Shown piece by piece: positions 24,914 to 38,000 of a stretch of 64,000 bases of DNA (the first letter of the stretch is position 1; each line of letters opens with the position of its first letter). The DNA is from Botryllus schlosseri (taxonomy: Eukaryota), in the NCBI GenBank assembly GCA_051294905.1, contig CM119372.1:14944001-15008000 (forward strand). The letters run 5' to 3'. Under the pieces are notes generated by a model. That model saw only the letters and a list, made by a program, of their open reading frames with translations, did no database searches and was not told where the DNA came from. The position numbers and the translations under genes were made by a program.

Positions 24914-26900
24914 ACTGGGTCGATTCGTAACGCAGCATCGAAAGGACAGCGCGTTGCTGGCGTTCGCATTCAAGCTGCTACCGGGTGAAGTCTGGGCAAG
25001 GTTCTCTAAATTGTGAGGCGGACACGTGATACGACGGACGACAATTATCGTTATTGGATTGCTATCGTTTTATTTTCCTATTGCATCTTCGCTGTTGTGG
25101 TCTTGCAGCCTTATCGTGTTGTGTGCGTTCTGCATTTTTGTCGCATATGTACCGTGGGTTACCTTTTCCATGGCGAAGCTTGGCATATGCTGTCAAGCTT
25201 CCAATGCAAATTTTCTTTTCGTTTCTTACAAGAATGCGAATCAATGTCAATTTCGAAGGCGGAAGGCGTGTTTTTTTCGAGCTTTTGTCTTCAAACCGCT
25301 GTATTTATGTTGAAAATTACTATTCTTGACTAGTGACGTGGTGTTGCTAGTATATCTGTCTCTGTCTGGCAACATCTGTTTTGATGGTGACACATGCAGT
25401 GAGGCTAGAAATAATATTGGATTGGCAGAATTGTCTGTGATAAAAAGACACGCACAAAACGCGTTTGGATAATGGCCTCAACGACATCATGTTCGTGTCC
25501 AAAATTAAACTCTTTTGCCTCTTGTTGGCTTTGATTCGAGATCGTGTGATATTGATGTGAAAGGCCACGGAGGTAAATGTCCATCGTCTGCCAGTCCATT
25601 GAGTGATCTTCGATTTTTTTCTAAAATTGCGTCTTTCATGTCAACGATTTCTCCTTTACTTCCCATTGCTATTGCCACTGTAAGATGTTGTATATTGGGT
25701 GCTTATCAGCTTCCTAGCTCTGATGAAGGAGGCTTTTGTAGGGTCGGGTAATGACAATGCTATATGCGACATCTCCCAAGCCATATTACCTGGGTTTTAG
25801 ATGAGGGCATTGTTATGTAACAAACAATGACTACAACATACTCTCTCAGACCATATGCCCTGGTGTTAGGAGACCTTGATGTCACTACTAGCGGATTTGT
25901 CTTGATTTGAAACGCGTTTTATATGTTTACTTTCAATGTGAATTTGTGCTGTCATCCATGAATTGTAATCCTTGCTGTTACGAATATTTATGTTAATTTA
26001 TTGGATATTTTTATAGACACTAATGTTTTTCATTTGCATATTAGGTTCAAGTTATGGTATTTTGTACCGTAAATTGGGGCTGTTCGTATTTACATGCGAC
26101 CACATAGCCGATGTTTCAATGAGATTAGTTGGAACATGCTGCTGGTGGTACAGCTTCTTTGTATGTGTTACCATATTATGTTTGAAAATTTATTTGAATT
26201 TGGGTGTTCAAACCCGAACGGGTTTGTGTTGGTATATATTTATCTTTGCCCGTTCTATGCCTGTGATTGATTGTGATTTTGAATCGCCGTCTGTGATGAT
26301 TCAAAGACGTAATATGACGATGTCGTGTATTACAGATTTGAAGCCGTCACTAATTTTTCTTGATGACGACGTTGCGATACGAAATAGAGGGCCTCGTTTT
26401 GGCATTGTCAAAAATCATTGTTTGAGACGGATCCTTGCGGTTAATTCGACTGGCCGTTACACGCTCCAGTTTTTTTGCTTCACTTTCTCTGACCGAGTTA
26501 TCCTTGCATGGGTCTATGTTAAGGGGTGTTAGGTTTGGTTGAAGCGGAATCATCAAACTTTTGATTTTCAGTGTAATTTATTTTTTCCCTACTGTATTTT
26601 TCTTCAAGTTTTATTCGGCCTTTTAGGACATTTTATTACCTGATATTCTCACTTGATCGTTGTTTTAACCGCTAGGAAATGTCAGTTGTGTCATCTTTCG
26701 GCCATATTTTCGATTGACACTCTTGATTTTGCTTACATTGCTTCGTTGTTGTCATATGCCGTACAATATGATGTGGCTGTCCTGATGGGTTGATGATGGG
26801 AAATTGATGGATAACTGGATGTTGATTTCATTGCCGTCGCTCTTGCAAGATTGTTGCCACTCGGCGTGAATTGGGAAATAAATTTGTACATTCAACACAA
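24914..26900 (+). other. Probable long (about 2 kb) U-rich 3' UTR of ataxin-2 ending near AATAAA at 26877-26882
   Basis: Strongly T-rich stretch with no transposon I could recognise after the stop at 24911-24913; AATAAA at 26877. Confidence 0.55.
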
Positions 26901-27303
26901 TATTTTATTACATTTATTGCATTTGATCTTAGATTTAGGTGTGTGTGAGAGAACTAGGCTTGAGGTTAGTTCATATGTGGGAAAGCTTGTCGAAGAAAAT
27001 GTAGCTGGTATGTTGAACCAGTTTCACCGTTAGATATACTTGACTGTAGCATATTCAATGTCACTCCGAAGATTTCTAGTACACGGTATTGTGAGAAATT
27101 CCGGGTGCAGAAGAATGTAGTTTAGGGCTTAGTAATACCAAAGGAGGTATTCGTCTGTTCATAAACTAAGCGGATACTTGGTTTTGACTCTTTCAAACCT
27201 TCGACATCCGTGGTCAATGGTCATTTTACACCACGCCGATATTGCTTCATTATGATTCCAGAGATACCATTTACGCTCCAAACTTTTTTAAGACCACTTA
27301 CGC

Positions 27304-28278
27304 CAGTGGTTCCCAACCTGTGGTACGCGTACCACTAGTGGTACGCGAAGGTCTTCCAGGTGGTACGCGAGTATAGATTCTGTTTTTTTTTTCTCTCGAC
27401 CGAATGGACTTTATTAGTTAAGGTGGGGTTGAACACAAAGATTGTTCTTCAATAAACTTCAGGCTCAGATAGGCCTCCTCGTAATCGACTCTAGCTTCTC
27501 ACGCTATTCCCCAGCTTCTAATTTTCCTTTCTACGTGGGAGTGCGAGCAAGGATTTTCATCTCTGATGACTATCAAGTCGAGGAAACGAAACCGACTTGT
27601 TGCGCCCAGCTTGCATGACTTTCGATGCGCTGTGAGCAAACATATGCCAGCTAGTGCAGTGGTTCCCAAACTGGGGGGCGTGAAAGCATGTGAAAGGGGG
27701 GCGCGAACTGCGACCAACTGAAAAAAATTTTCGCGCTTCGCGCGATTTGCCTCCAGTTCAGTGTTTTGGCTATGCATATAGTCCTAGTTGCATATTTACG
27801 AATTCTCTTATCAACTGTCATAGCCTTCCATGCCATAAAGTTATTCGTTGGGATTGCTAGCATTCTGGGCGCATTTTGTGATCTGACGATGAGGGGGAGG
27901 GCGATATTTTTCACCATCATAAACGGGGGCGTGTCGAAAGAAGTTTGAGAACCCCTGGGCTAGTGGAAAATAAGCAAATGCGGCCATCGCATTAAAACAA
28001 TTGACGTTTGTTGTTTGCTGTTTTTTCATTATCATGTTGTTCTTCTTGTGACTGGTGGTGAAAAACAATTTCATGCATCCCATTAACCCTGGCTGATAAT
28101 GCCTAATTTAATAGTATTTACTATTACGCCTCGCATACGTCAAATACGTCATGATGACGTCATCAACGATGGAAACATTTTTGACCTTCGTCAGCGCGCG
28201 TAACTTATGTAGGTGGTACTCGAGCACTGCATAAAACCTCGAAATGGTACGTGGGTGAAAAAAGGTTGGGAACCACTG
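27304..28278 (+). mobile_element. hAT (Charlie/Buster-like) deletion derivative with a nested MITE at about 27657-27958
   Basis: TIR CAGTGGTTCCCAACC; transposase C-terminal relic STWECEQGFSSLMTIKSRKRNRL at about 27530-27600; the inner element is flanked by AGCTAGTG/GGCTAGTG. Confidence 0.85.
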
Positions 28279-28337
28279 ACTGACAGATCGTACGGCGAAG
28301 TAGAGCGTAGATATACCTCCAACACCTAGGTATAGGG

Positions 28338-29375
28338 CAGTGGCGGCTCGTGACAATATCGGGTGGTGGGGCAAGGGCTGCAAGCGACTTTTTATCAAGA
28401 TGACGTCACAGTGACGTTTTCCAACGTAAACAAGTATCTTAATGATGTTACGGTAACATGAATTTCCCGACAACAGTGATTTTAACGTATGTGCCACGAG
28501 AGGTCTGCCGGTGAGCTGTGACTTGAAGTGTGGTAACTGCGTAAACGGCGTACGGAACAAAGATTCAACGCGGTTCATGTTCGCACTAGACCTGACTAAT
28601 TATCTGCAGAAATGGAAATGACTATAACTCGAGAGATTGCGTAAGCCTAATTGGAAAGGTCAACGAGTTCGGACACATACCCAATTGTTATCTCATACAT
28701 TGGGCCTGTCATATTGAATCCAAAACATCATTCTGAAGAACCAAGAATAGCAGTCTCGGAAACTCGGTCTCGGTACAGCATAGGAGATTTTGGCCTTGAA
28801 ACTGGAGACTATGAACACGACACATATGGTTTTATTACTTTCTATAGGTCTGCTGCGAAATCGCCTTTGGAAAATATATTACCGAATATATACGTGGGTG
28901 AAAGCCGTACACTGTTACATGCAGTGAAGGCCTTACGAACGGGGGGGGGGGGGGCCCTGGGCGTGACTTACCGGGGGGCCCCCTATAAGTATCCAACCGT
29001 AACTTCTGGGGGGCTCTGCCCCCAAGACCCCCTTTACTCGCGGTAAGGTTTAGCTGTTGGATTCGGCTATGTCTATTATTGTATGTGTATAAGGATAGAC
29101 TACATCAAGACTAAGTAATTCTACCGCATGCAGAGACAATTCTACCGCATGCAGAGACGTGATGATCATTGGGATACGGTGCTTTTCTATCAAATGCAGA
29201 GATTTGATGATGATTGCCACATCCGTACGGAATCATATTCTTGCTTGGTACACGGATTTCCTTGTTTATTCGTTATTATCCTTAAAAAAGCGCATAATCC
29301 GAATAGGGGGGGGGGCCTTCGACCAGGGGGGCCCCGGGCGACCGCCCACCTCGCCCACCCCAAAAGCCACCACTG
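28338..29375. mobile_element. Probable TIR element with G/C-run termini
   Basis: CAGTGGCGGCT...GGGTGGTGGGGC at the left end and CGCCCACCCCAAAAGCCACCACTG at the right end; no clear TSD. Confidence 0.5.
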
Positions 29376-29429
29376 GTTACATGACATCATCGAGAAGTAG
29401 CCTCATGGCCCTTTTCGGTATGGTACACT

Positions 29430-30330
29430 GTCAATGCAAACAGACCGAACTTTGCGTAAAATATACTGAGGAATAGGCTGATCAAGTGATCAGCTGTTAG
29501 CCGACATCGAAAACGAAATAGCTATCGCGCTTGACAGGGGGTTGTAAGCAAATGACTTGAAGGCCACAATTTCACGGTGAAATTGACATTGGAGAATATA
29601 ATATCAAAGTAAATATTTGAATGCAAATGAGAATGATATCATCATCTCGTCACCTATCTCAGTATGGAACACAGTTAACGCTACCACAGATACACCGGCT
29701 TTTGCGTGAAATCCGCAATGCGTTGTAGGCTAAAGTGTCAGATCTGAGCACATCTCTACCATATTCGACCTTGATAACGAGATTACTGCCCTAATCATTG
29801 AGTGTCAACCTTGAGACTTGGCACAGCGTTCGATACTAAAATCAAAACACACCGTGCAAAATCTCATGACAGATCTAGGTAAGGAGCATCGTTAAAATCA
29901 ATAGAGACCAATACCGGCTTTGCGTAAAATCTGTTAGCGATAAATGACGAGTCAGCTCTCACTCGACTTAGGAAACGAAATTACCACTAACATAGTTCAG
30001 TGACAAACTTAAAACTTGGTACAGCGTTCGATACTAACATTAAGACTTACCGTGCCAAATGTCATAACCGATCTCAGTATTGAACATCGTCAAAATCAAT
30101 GGATACCAATACCGGCTTTCGAGTAAAATCTGTTTGCGATACATGACGGATCAGCACACACTCAACTTCGGAAACGGATTTACTACCCTAAACTTTAAGT
30201 AGAAACCCTGAAACTTGGGGCAATGTTAAATACCACCATCACGACATGACATACCAAGTTTCAAGGGTTTTCATGGTGTGAAACACCATCAAAATCGACC
30301 TATACCAGCAAAGGTCGACTAAACGCATAT
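29430..30330. repeat. Degenerate tandem array, about four units of roughly 200-250 bp
   Basis: Recurrent ATACCGGCTTTGCGTAAAATC-like blocks at about 29440, 29690, 29911 and 30110, and AACTTGGCACAGCGTTCGATACTAA-like blocks at about 29815, 30013 and 30211. Confidence 0.75.
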
Positions 30331-31098
30331 GACGGTAACCGAGTTCAGATAGATACGATTGTTACATCACACCTTAGGGGCACAGACCTATTGAGCCCCG
30401 GTTGCTCGGTAATTTTATGAATAGGAGAGAGTAAATCACCGTTTCTTTATTGTGCGCGGCTTTGAGAGAATAGACAGTCAAAGCTTGTTATGAGCGCAAC
30501 TGGGGCAAGCCCCGGCTAGGCATTCGCAAAGCGAAAACACAGAAGAGGATTCGATTTCCGCAGAGACTTCGCTATATATGGGCATTTACAAGCGAAAGGA
30601 CAAGAAGAATACGTTTTTCGCTGTGATTTCGGTATATATAGATTGTTGTGCGTCAATAAATGGTAAAGAATTGTTATTGAACAGAATTTTAGGTGGGGTA
30701 ATGCCCCAGTTGCCCTATAGGACGAGCCGCCACTGGTATCCTTCAAAATATGAAAATCGGCATTGTTCTAAACAATCCCAACCACGCACGACCGTTGTTA
30801 TGGTCATTGTGCTGCGCCGTTGCAATTGTTTTAGAACAATGCCGATTTTCATATTTTGAAGGCTATTTCGGGGTGGTTCCATTGCCTTGATGAAAATTTA
30901 ATGTATATTATCAGAATCAGCGCGACTGTAGCTTTCAAATAAGATCAACTTTATTTAATTTGAGCGCTCGGGTCGTCATCTATGGGCTTAGCAATTACGC
31001 TCCCGTTTCATGCTAAGAAGCGACAACAAATCTGCCGTTGTCGCATCACTCGACCGTGACTCTCGTCTTGCCCATCTATCCGTAGGTTAGTTATCTAT

Positions 31099-31677
31099 AA
31101 TTAAACATGGAACGGCAACGACCGATTTTGCAGCTTCGTTCCGCTTCGCCGGGGCTGGAGTGGAGAATTGTTTTGCGTAAGCGACTGTAGGATTTCTGGC
31201 AATCCAAAATCTATCTTCCCGAGCGCAGAAATTATTGAATCTGGTCTTGATCGAAAGCTACTGTTGCACCGATTCCGAAAATATAAATTAAAATATTGAT
31301 CGGGCACTGATCCACCTAGAATCTGTCCTCCAAGTCTGAAATATCGGCATCGTTTAGAACAATCAGGTAACCGCAACACAATGACCATAACAATGACCCG
31401 TTGCGACTCTCCGATTGTTCGAACAATGCCGGTATTTCAGACTTGAAGGACGGATTCTAGGTGGATCAGTGCCTGATAATTATTTTAATGTATATTTTCG
31501 GAATCGGCGCAACAGTAGCTTTCGATCAAGACCAGATTCGGTAATTTCTGCGCTCTGGAAGATAGCTTTTGGATTGCCAGAAATCCTACAGTCGCTTACG
31601 CAAAACAATTCTCCACTCCAGCCCCGGCGAAGCGGAACGAAGCTGCAAAATCGGTCGTTGCCGTTCCATGTTTAATT
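31099..31677. repeat. Foldback palindrome (two arms of about 265 bp, asymmetric spacer of about 45 bp)
   Basis: 31099-31365 is the reverse complement of about 31413-31677; the outer 110 bp or so are identical. The mirrored ORFs 31101..31388(-) and 31415..31675(+) reflect this. Confidence 0.95.
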
Positions 31678-32051
31678 TCTATAGAGAAAGCCTTCGTTGA
31701 TTTTATTTGCTCAATCTCGCGGATCCGGCTGAGGCATTGGAGTGTGATTTGTGATCGAAAGCTACACAGTGCGCGAGGAAGAGGAGAAAATAGCGAATCG
31801 TATGCGATGTAATTTCATATTTTTCTTATTTAACTAGTAGCATGCTCTCAGGGCTCAGTAAAAATCATGATTATGCTATGATTTCTGTGGTGTCGCCGTG
31901 GCGCCGTCGGTAATTAATTAATTACCCCTTTCTGTTCTACAGCAGTTTCTCTCGTGTGATCGCGGTGGCAATCAAGTAATCTTTTAGAGTTTCGAGAATT
32001 AGTTTATTTACATCCAAGAAGATCTGTGGGCATCTGTATCCATTCTAGAGA

Positions 32052-35000
32052 ATGACTGCCGAAGTTTTTGTTCCTCGGGGATATGTTTCAACAACATTCT
32101 GGCCTACAGCCGCCCCAATTAAGGCAGAAAAGCATCGCGATACAACAATGGTGGATATTGTACGTCACTAGACAAAGGGAGTGCATGAGATTGTAACGGT
32201 ATTTTCTTATGAAATTCTACTTATTCCACAGCAACCGTTTAGTGTCTACCAACAAGATAATCCTCATACCCTACGAAAAAGAGGAAGTCATTACGGTGCT
32301 ATGCCGCGGTGCAGAGCAAATGCGACAGAATCTCTTGATCTTGTCAGAACGGTTTTGCAGCCTGCCATCAATTATGACATTGTTGAAGTATTCAAAAAGT
32401 ATTTATCAGTGAGTATGGTAGCCTAATCATTAATCAAAATAAGAGTCTTTTCTCATTATTACTCTAACTCTGAATCTGACCCCCAGCCCTGGCGAAACCT
32501 ATTATTTCATATCAAATCCGAACTCTGGTTATATACACCACCGAAATGTCCATTGGATTCCTGTATAGTTGATGTGAAAAAACTTGAAATGGTTTCCAGA
32601 TCTGGACTTGAGATCTGGCTCCATTTCCATGCGCGTAATAGTCGAAGGGCGAATAAAAGTGACTCTGTCTACGTCATACATTACTAAGCCCCTATGCCTT
32701 CGCTGCTGTTAAAAGGCAAGGAGGCTGTATGCAAACAAGTTTCAAAAGTTGTCTATATATTTGCACTCCTGTACTGTTGAACTATGATGTTTATAAATGA
32801 GTCAACCGATTTTTTTACTCGGTGATTCCTCTTTTGCAATCTTCATGTTTTTTGCTGACTTTAAAATTGAACTACCATACCGGAAGTGACGCTTTGTAGT
32901 ACAGAACTTCATGATACATTTAAATAATATATTGATATTTATTCTGGAAGCTTTTCGGCTGACACTCATCAGGGTTTACACAGGGGATACAGGAAGTGTT
33001 CTTAGCTGTCAATATAGGCAACTATATAACATAGCATAAAGACTAATTTAATATGTAGACCTATTTTTATACTTGACTTGAGTGAGCGGCAGACCTTGTC
33101 AGTCATTTATGGTTAGCTGTGAAATATGGTCCATCCAATTATAATAATTCTGCCTTTCCGTTCTACAAACTGAGAATATTCTCTTGTGGTTTTAGGTTTA
33201 TCGAGATGCTGCTGAAAACGTTGTTGCGAACATGCAAGCCGAACCTTTTTCCAATTTTACGCCGGATTGTGATTTGAATGCTAGCACTATGGTAAGGAAT
33301 ATTTTTTTCATCTTTTATCGATATTTGATGAGAATTGGTCTCATCCTGTTTTAATATGATAAATTTTGTGAAATTTTCTGACGGTATCAACTCTTTATAA
33401 GTATGATTAAACCGTAATAAAGTGTCATAAAGGGACTATCTTTATATATTGATCAATATTTCTGTACCGGTACATATAATATTACCGTACTTTAATACCC
33501 ATGAATCAGAATGTGGTTTAATCATAATTCATATTTGACCACATCCAGTGTGTATGAGCACATTTAATGGTTTGGCATCTCTGCCAAGGCCAGGGGTTCT
33601 TAAACTGGACTCCACAGACATTTTGTGGGTACTCGAACTAGTTTTAGGGGTTCACTGAAAGGGCAATATGTCATCAAGAAACTACAAAAACAGATTATCC
33701 TTTGAGAATGACATCGTGATGGGAACGTTGACCTGGCGCATAGCCAGGGGGGTTGGGAGTTCAGTATATTGTATTACCAGTGTTGCGTGTGGGGTATGGC
33801 CAATTAGTGTAAAACATGTTGCCAATTAGCGAATCGTCTGCGCACAACATAACGAGATCTCCCACTGATATAGTTTTTCATTTTGTACACCAAAAATAGG
33901 TCATTGTTTGCAGAGCTAGGTCATTGATTGTCGCTAGCTTGATTTATCGTGCTTGCAACAAGCCTAGTTCCGCTGGCCTGAACAATCTTATCTGCAATAG
34001 GCCTGGTGCGTACAATGCAGGGGCTGTGGTGTCGGTAAATTTTACCACCGGCTCCGGCTCCACACATTTGAATGACTATCATACAACCATTAAACATATG
34101 CAAACATATGATTAACGGTGGCATGCTAAATTGTTTCATTGTGGCACAGCTCGAATTATCCACTATGCAATTAACATGAAAGAAAGATTTGCTAAATATC
34201 CTTTTTTAAGTTTTTATTACATGGACTCTCTAATATCCTGAAATGTATGGATCATTCAAATATGGCAGATATCCAATCCTGTACAATAAAAATGTAGATA
34301 AAAAATTCAAGTGTAGCTCTTGTGTATGAGTCAGCAACTGATAAAGAGATTAAACCTACTAATTTTGTCATCGCACACTATACTGATTACAAGCACACAC
34401 ACTCTTACTACTCATAGACATTGGTCTTCAATGGAATTTAGTTAAGTAGTCAAAGACCATAGCCCATGTCTAGTCTACATGCACTTAATCAAGTATTCAA
34501 GGATTGGGACTTGCAGTCTTTCTTAATCATTTGTTCGACCCAAACAGCTAAGCTACACTACAAATATTTTTAATTTTGTCGAGTGGGAAGCATCGTTTGG
34601 TCAAATATACATCATTTTTACAATTTCACAAAACCAGCCGATGCATTTGCTCTGTCACAGTATCATGGTATCATTCCAAAAATTGCATCAATTTTGACTG
34701 CATTGCGAAAGCGCATATTGCGATTTTCTTTCCCTGTGCAACTGAGTTGTAATTTGCAAGTAATGTATAATTTTATCTACATCAGGGGTGGGCAACTTTT
34801 TCGGCCAAAGGGACACGTGAGATTTACGAACCATTGCGCGGGCAACTGGAATGTTGATAACCTTTTTTAGTCGTCTGATAGGAGTGAACCGAATTAGGTA
34901 ACATTGCAAACAAGACTTATATTAATACGCTCTAAAATTAATAACAATATGTCGTGCAACTGTGCAGTGCGCAATAAGTCCTGGTCGCGCGCACCGCGAA

Positions 35001-38000
35001 ATTATTTTGCAAGATAATGACTGAATTATATCAATATGTTGCTAACATACATCGGGGGTCGCATCTGTATGGTCAACGTTTAGACATGCAAAATCGACGG
35101 TATCAGCCTCTATCATTTTGTGCAAATGTTTTGTCGACGATCTCGCTGCGAGTGCACAAGCGAAGCCGCATGTTGGACGATACATTATCTCCTAATTGCG
35201 AATATAGTTGGACTCAATTCTGTGAATAATATGTATTTATAATTTTCAGAAGGGGGCTCAAATACTGAATGCAAGAAATTTAGTGACAATGAATCATGCG
35301 AAGTACCGAGAAAAATTTCAAGTCAAATAAATCTGCTATGAAATATACTACTTTATGGTCATAAACGAAGATCTGGGATAAATGTGGCTGGCCCCCTGGA
35401 TGCGTCAATGCGTCAGAACTGTTGTTTTAGTCATCATCAAATTTCGCGGTCATGCTAATCAAATTTTGGTTGGCCTCGCAATTGCACCTGATGTCATAAA
35501 TAATTTCGAGAATTACCTCGCAGGCCACACCTAACCTTCTCGTGTGCCAAATTTGGCCTGCGTGCCACGGGCTGGCCACACTTGATCTGTATGGTTATTA
35601 ATAACAGTGATTGGTGGTACGCAAAAACTATATTGAAAATTCTTTGAAAGCAAATGTTTTCATGATAGGGAAGTTGAAGTCAGGGTCATTCTCACAAACT
35701 CTGACTCCAGTCAGTATTTTCCCCACGACTCCGACTCCAGCTATTATAGTTTTCACGACTCCGACTCTATCAAGCGAAAATTACCCAGACTCCGACTCCA
35801 CTGACTCCACAGCCTTGGTACAATGCCATCACTAACCTACACATTCGCATTTGCAGTAGGCCTGGTGCGCACGATATCATCACTGGCCTACACAATCGCA
35901 TCTGCAATAGGCCTGGAGCAAGACATCGTGTTTTGGGCCTCGCAGGCTCTGGCCCCTATCTCTTGATAGTTTAGAGACAATGCCGTTAGGTTTATGCGCT
36001 GATTAGCGATTGTTATGTCATACTGGCTAGAGTGACGTCGCAAAACTGAATGTACCCGAACGGATTTTTGTTCATGTCGCTAATTGACAGCACTTCTGGA
36101 CTTTGTAAAAAGCTTATCATACGCGTAAGTTCTCCGATATAAGCTTGTATAATCGTCATTTACGCATGTACTTAACCCTACTGAATCGATACTATATCGG
36201 TAAATTTGAAAAAATCCAAACCCCCCCTATATTTTTTGGCTGGCTACGCGGCTGACTGTCACTATCTTGTCGATGATCTGTTATCTTATTTTAGACTTGG
36301 TAAGCCTGAATAGAGTTCAGCTTGTCCCGACCGCCCACAAAACTTGAAGGGGTCCGCGATCAACAAGTTCAAGAACCCTTGGCCCAGCCCTTGTCTACGA
36401 TTATTGTTCAAACCTGTTGATATTGCACTGAAATCTTAACCAATCTTTCAGGTGTATAAATTATGTTGTGATGCTTTGGATCATTGTAAGACGTTATTTG
36501 AAATCGCCAAGCCCGCTAATGTCACTCAAACGCCTCCCGAATCCTCGGAAGTTCCTACTAGCGTGCCGTCATCCAAAGCTTCTGTTGGTAAGACATTTTA
36601 CATTGTTCTCTAAATGCGATTAATTAGTACCGGGTACCAAAATATCCAAGTGCAATACATCTAAGATACCAATTTATTGGGGTTAGGTGTAGGACTTGGC
36701 TCAACAAGTCGAGTAGAATTGGTGCTGAAATTATACACCCCTTTTAAAGAACTATTTTGATGACGTAACTTACCGCTATATCTTAGTATCCACATGCAAA
36801 ATGGGTCTTGCATGTTGCTTTGTTGCCGAGCACACAGGATTTTCGAGTAGTGTTCAAAGTTCAACCCAGAGCATTATATTCTGTGTGATCGTATAAAGGT
36901 ACATACTTGAACTTTGCAATTTTCTTTGATAATCTACTACAGTACACTGTACACATTGAGTGGTGCTCTCTGTGGTACTTGACTCAAAGCTTGATACTTG
37001 ACTTGAAATCGAATCGGTCAGGTCGGTTGGTTTTGCCCAGACCAAGTCACGTGCCGGTCTTCATTTTTGACCCCAGCTCTTGTGACCTCGTACATTTTAT
37101 AGTGTTGAAGTCAGTGTCTTGTATTTTCAAGTACTTGTATTGCTGTGCCCAGGCAGAAAAGAAACATGGATATTGCGATTGTGATCAGCTTGTCTTTTTA
37201 TATTCAGTTGCCTCTTCGTTACCAAATCGTCTGATGGTGAAACGAGTGCCTAGCCCAGACTTTCCGTGGTCCAAGGTATGTGGTTCTGTTGCGCTCTATT
37301 AATAACGAGCGTTCCCACTTGTGCGTTTATTTTCAGAGGCTCGCGAAAAGCTCTCCGCGAAGATCGTTGTCACCAACTCCCAGAGCTGTAAGATTTAGTT
37401 TTGATTTTGTAACATTGTATTGACCATTTTGCTCAAGCTTCAGTAAATACTGTGGTAAAAACTGGCCTGCCCTATGTGTACTACTTGGACGATCGAGTGC
37501 ATGGTCAAAATTGTCATCAGAAATATTTATGATCAAAATTATAATGGACATTATTCGAAAACGAATTGAAGAAGTCAGGACCTTGATGTTGACTGTAAAT
37601 TTGCATGCATAAGCTGCCTGCGATATATGCTGGGAGTAATGAAAGTGATACATGCAAGCTGCAGTGTTCGACTGAACTTGACAATGAATTTTCACCTATA
37701 AGATGCAACATACCACTTATTGCGTGTTGGTTTCGTTTGATAGCGGGTTTTGCAAGCGGACAGTTTACAGTGCTTATCCGTCCCTTGTACTACTTGGAAA
37801 TATCAAATCTTGAACGAAATCCCCGTATATGTCAGTTGTAATTTCTGTCTGATGAGTACACAAATCATAATCTCTTCTGTGATTGTTGAATGATAAAAAC
37901 ACATCAATGAACGCTGTCGGTCCGATCTATAAATATGATTTTTCAACAGAAACGAAGTCGCCCAAACACATCTCGAAGGTATGGCAGCCCGCTTCATGCA

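Noticed and set aside
31101..31675. Pair of divergent paralogous small genes (95 aa and 86 aa ORFs)
   Set aside because: They are mirror images produced by the palindrome, with non-ATG starts and no coding signature.
33163..33390. - strand ORF resembling a decayed GIY-YIG domain
   Set aside because: It overlaps the DNTTIP1 exon 33196-33291, which explains the sequence on the + strand.
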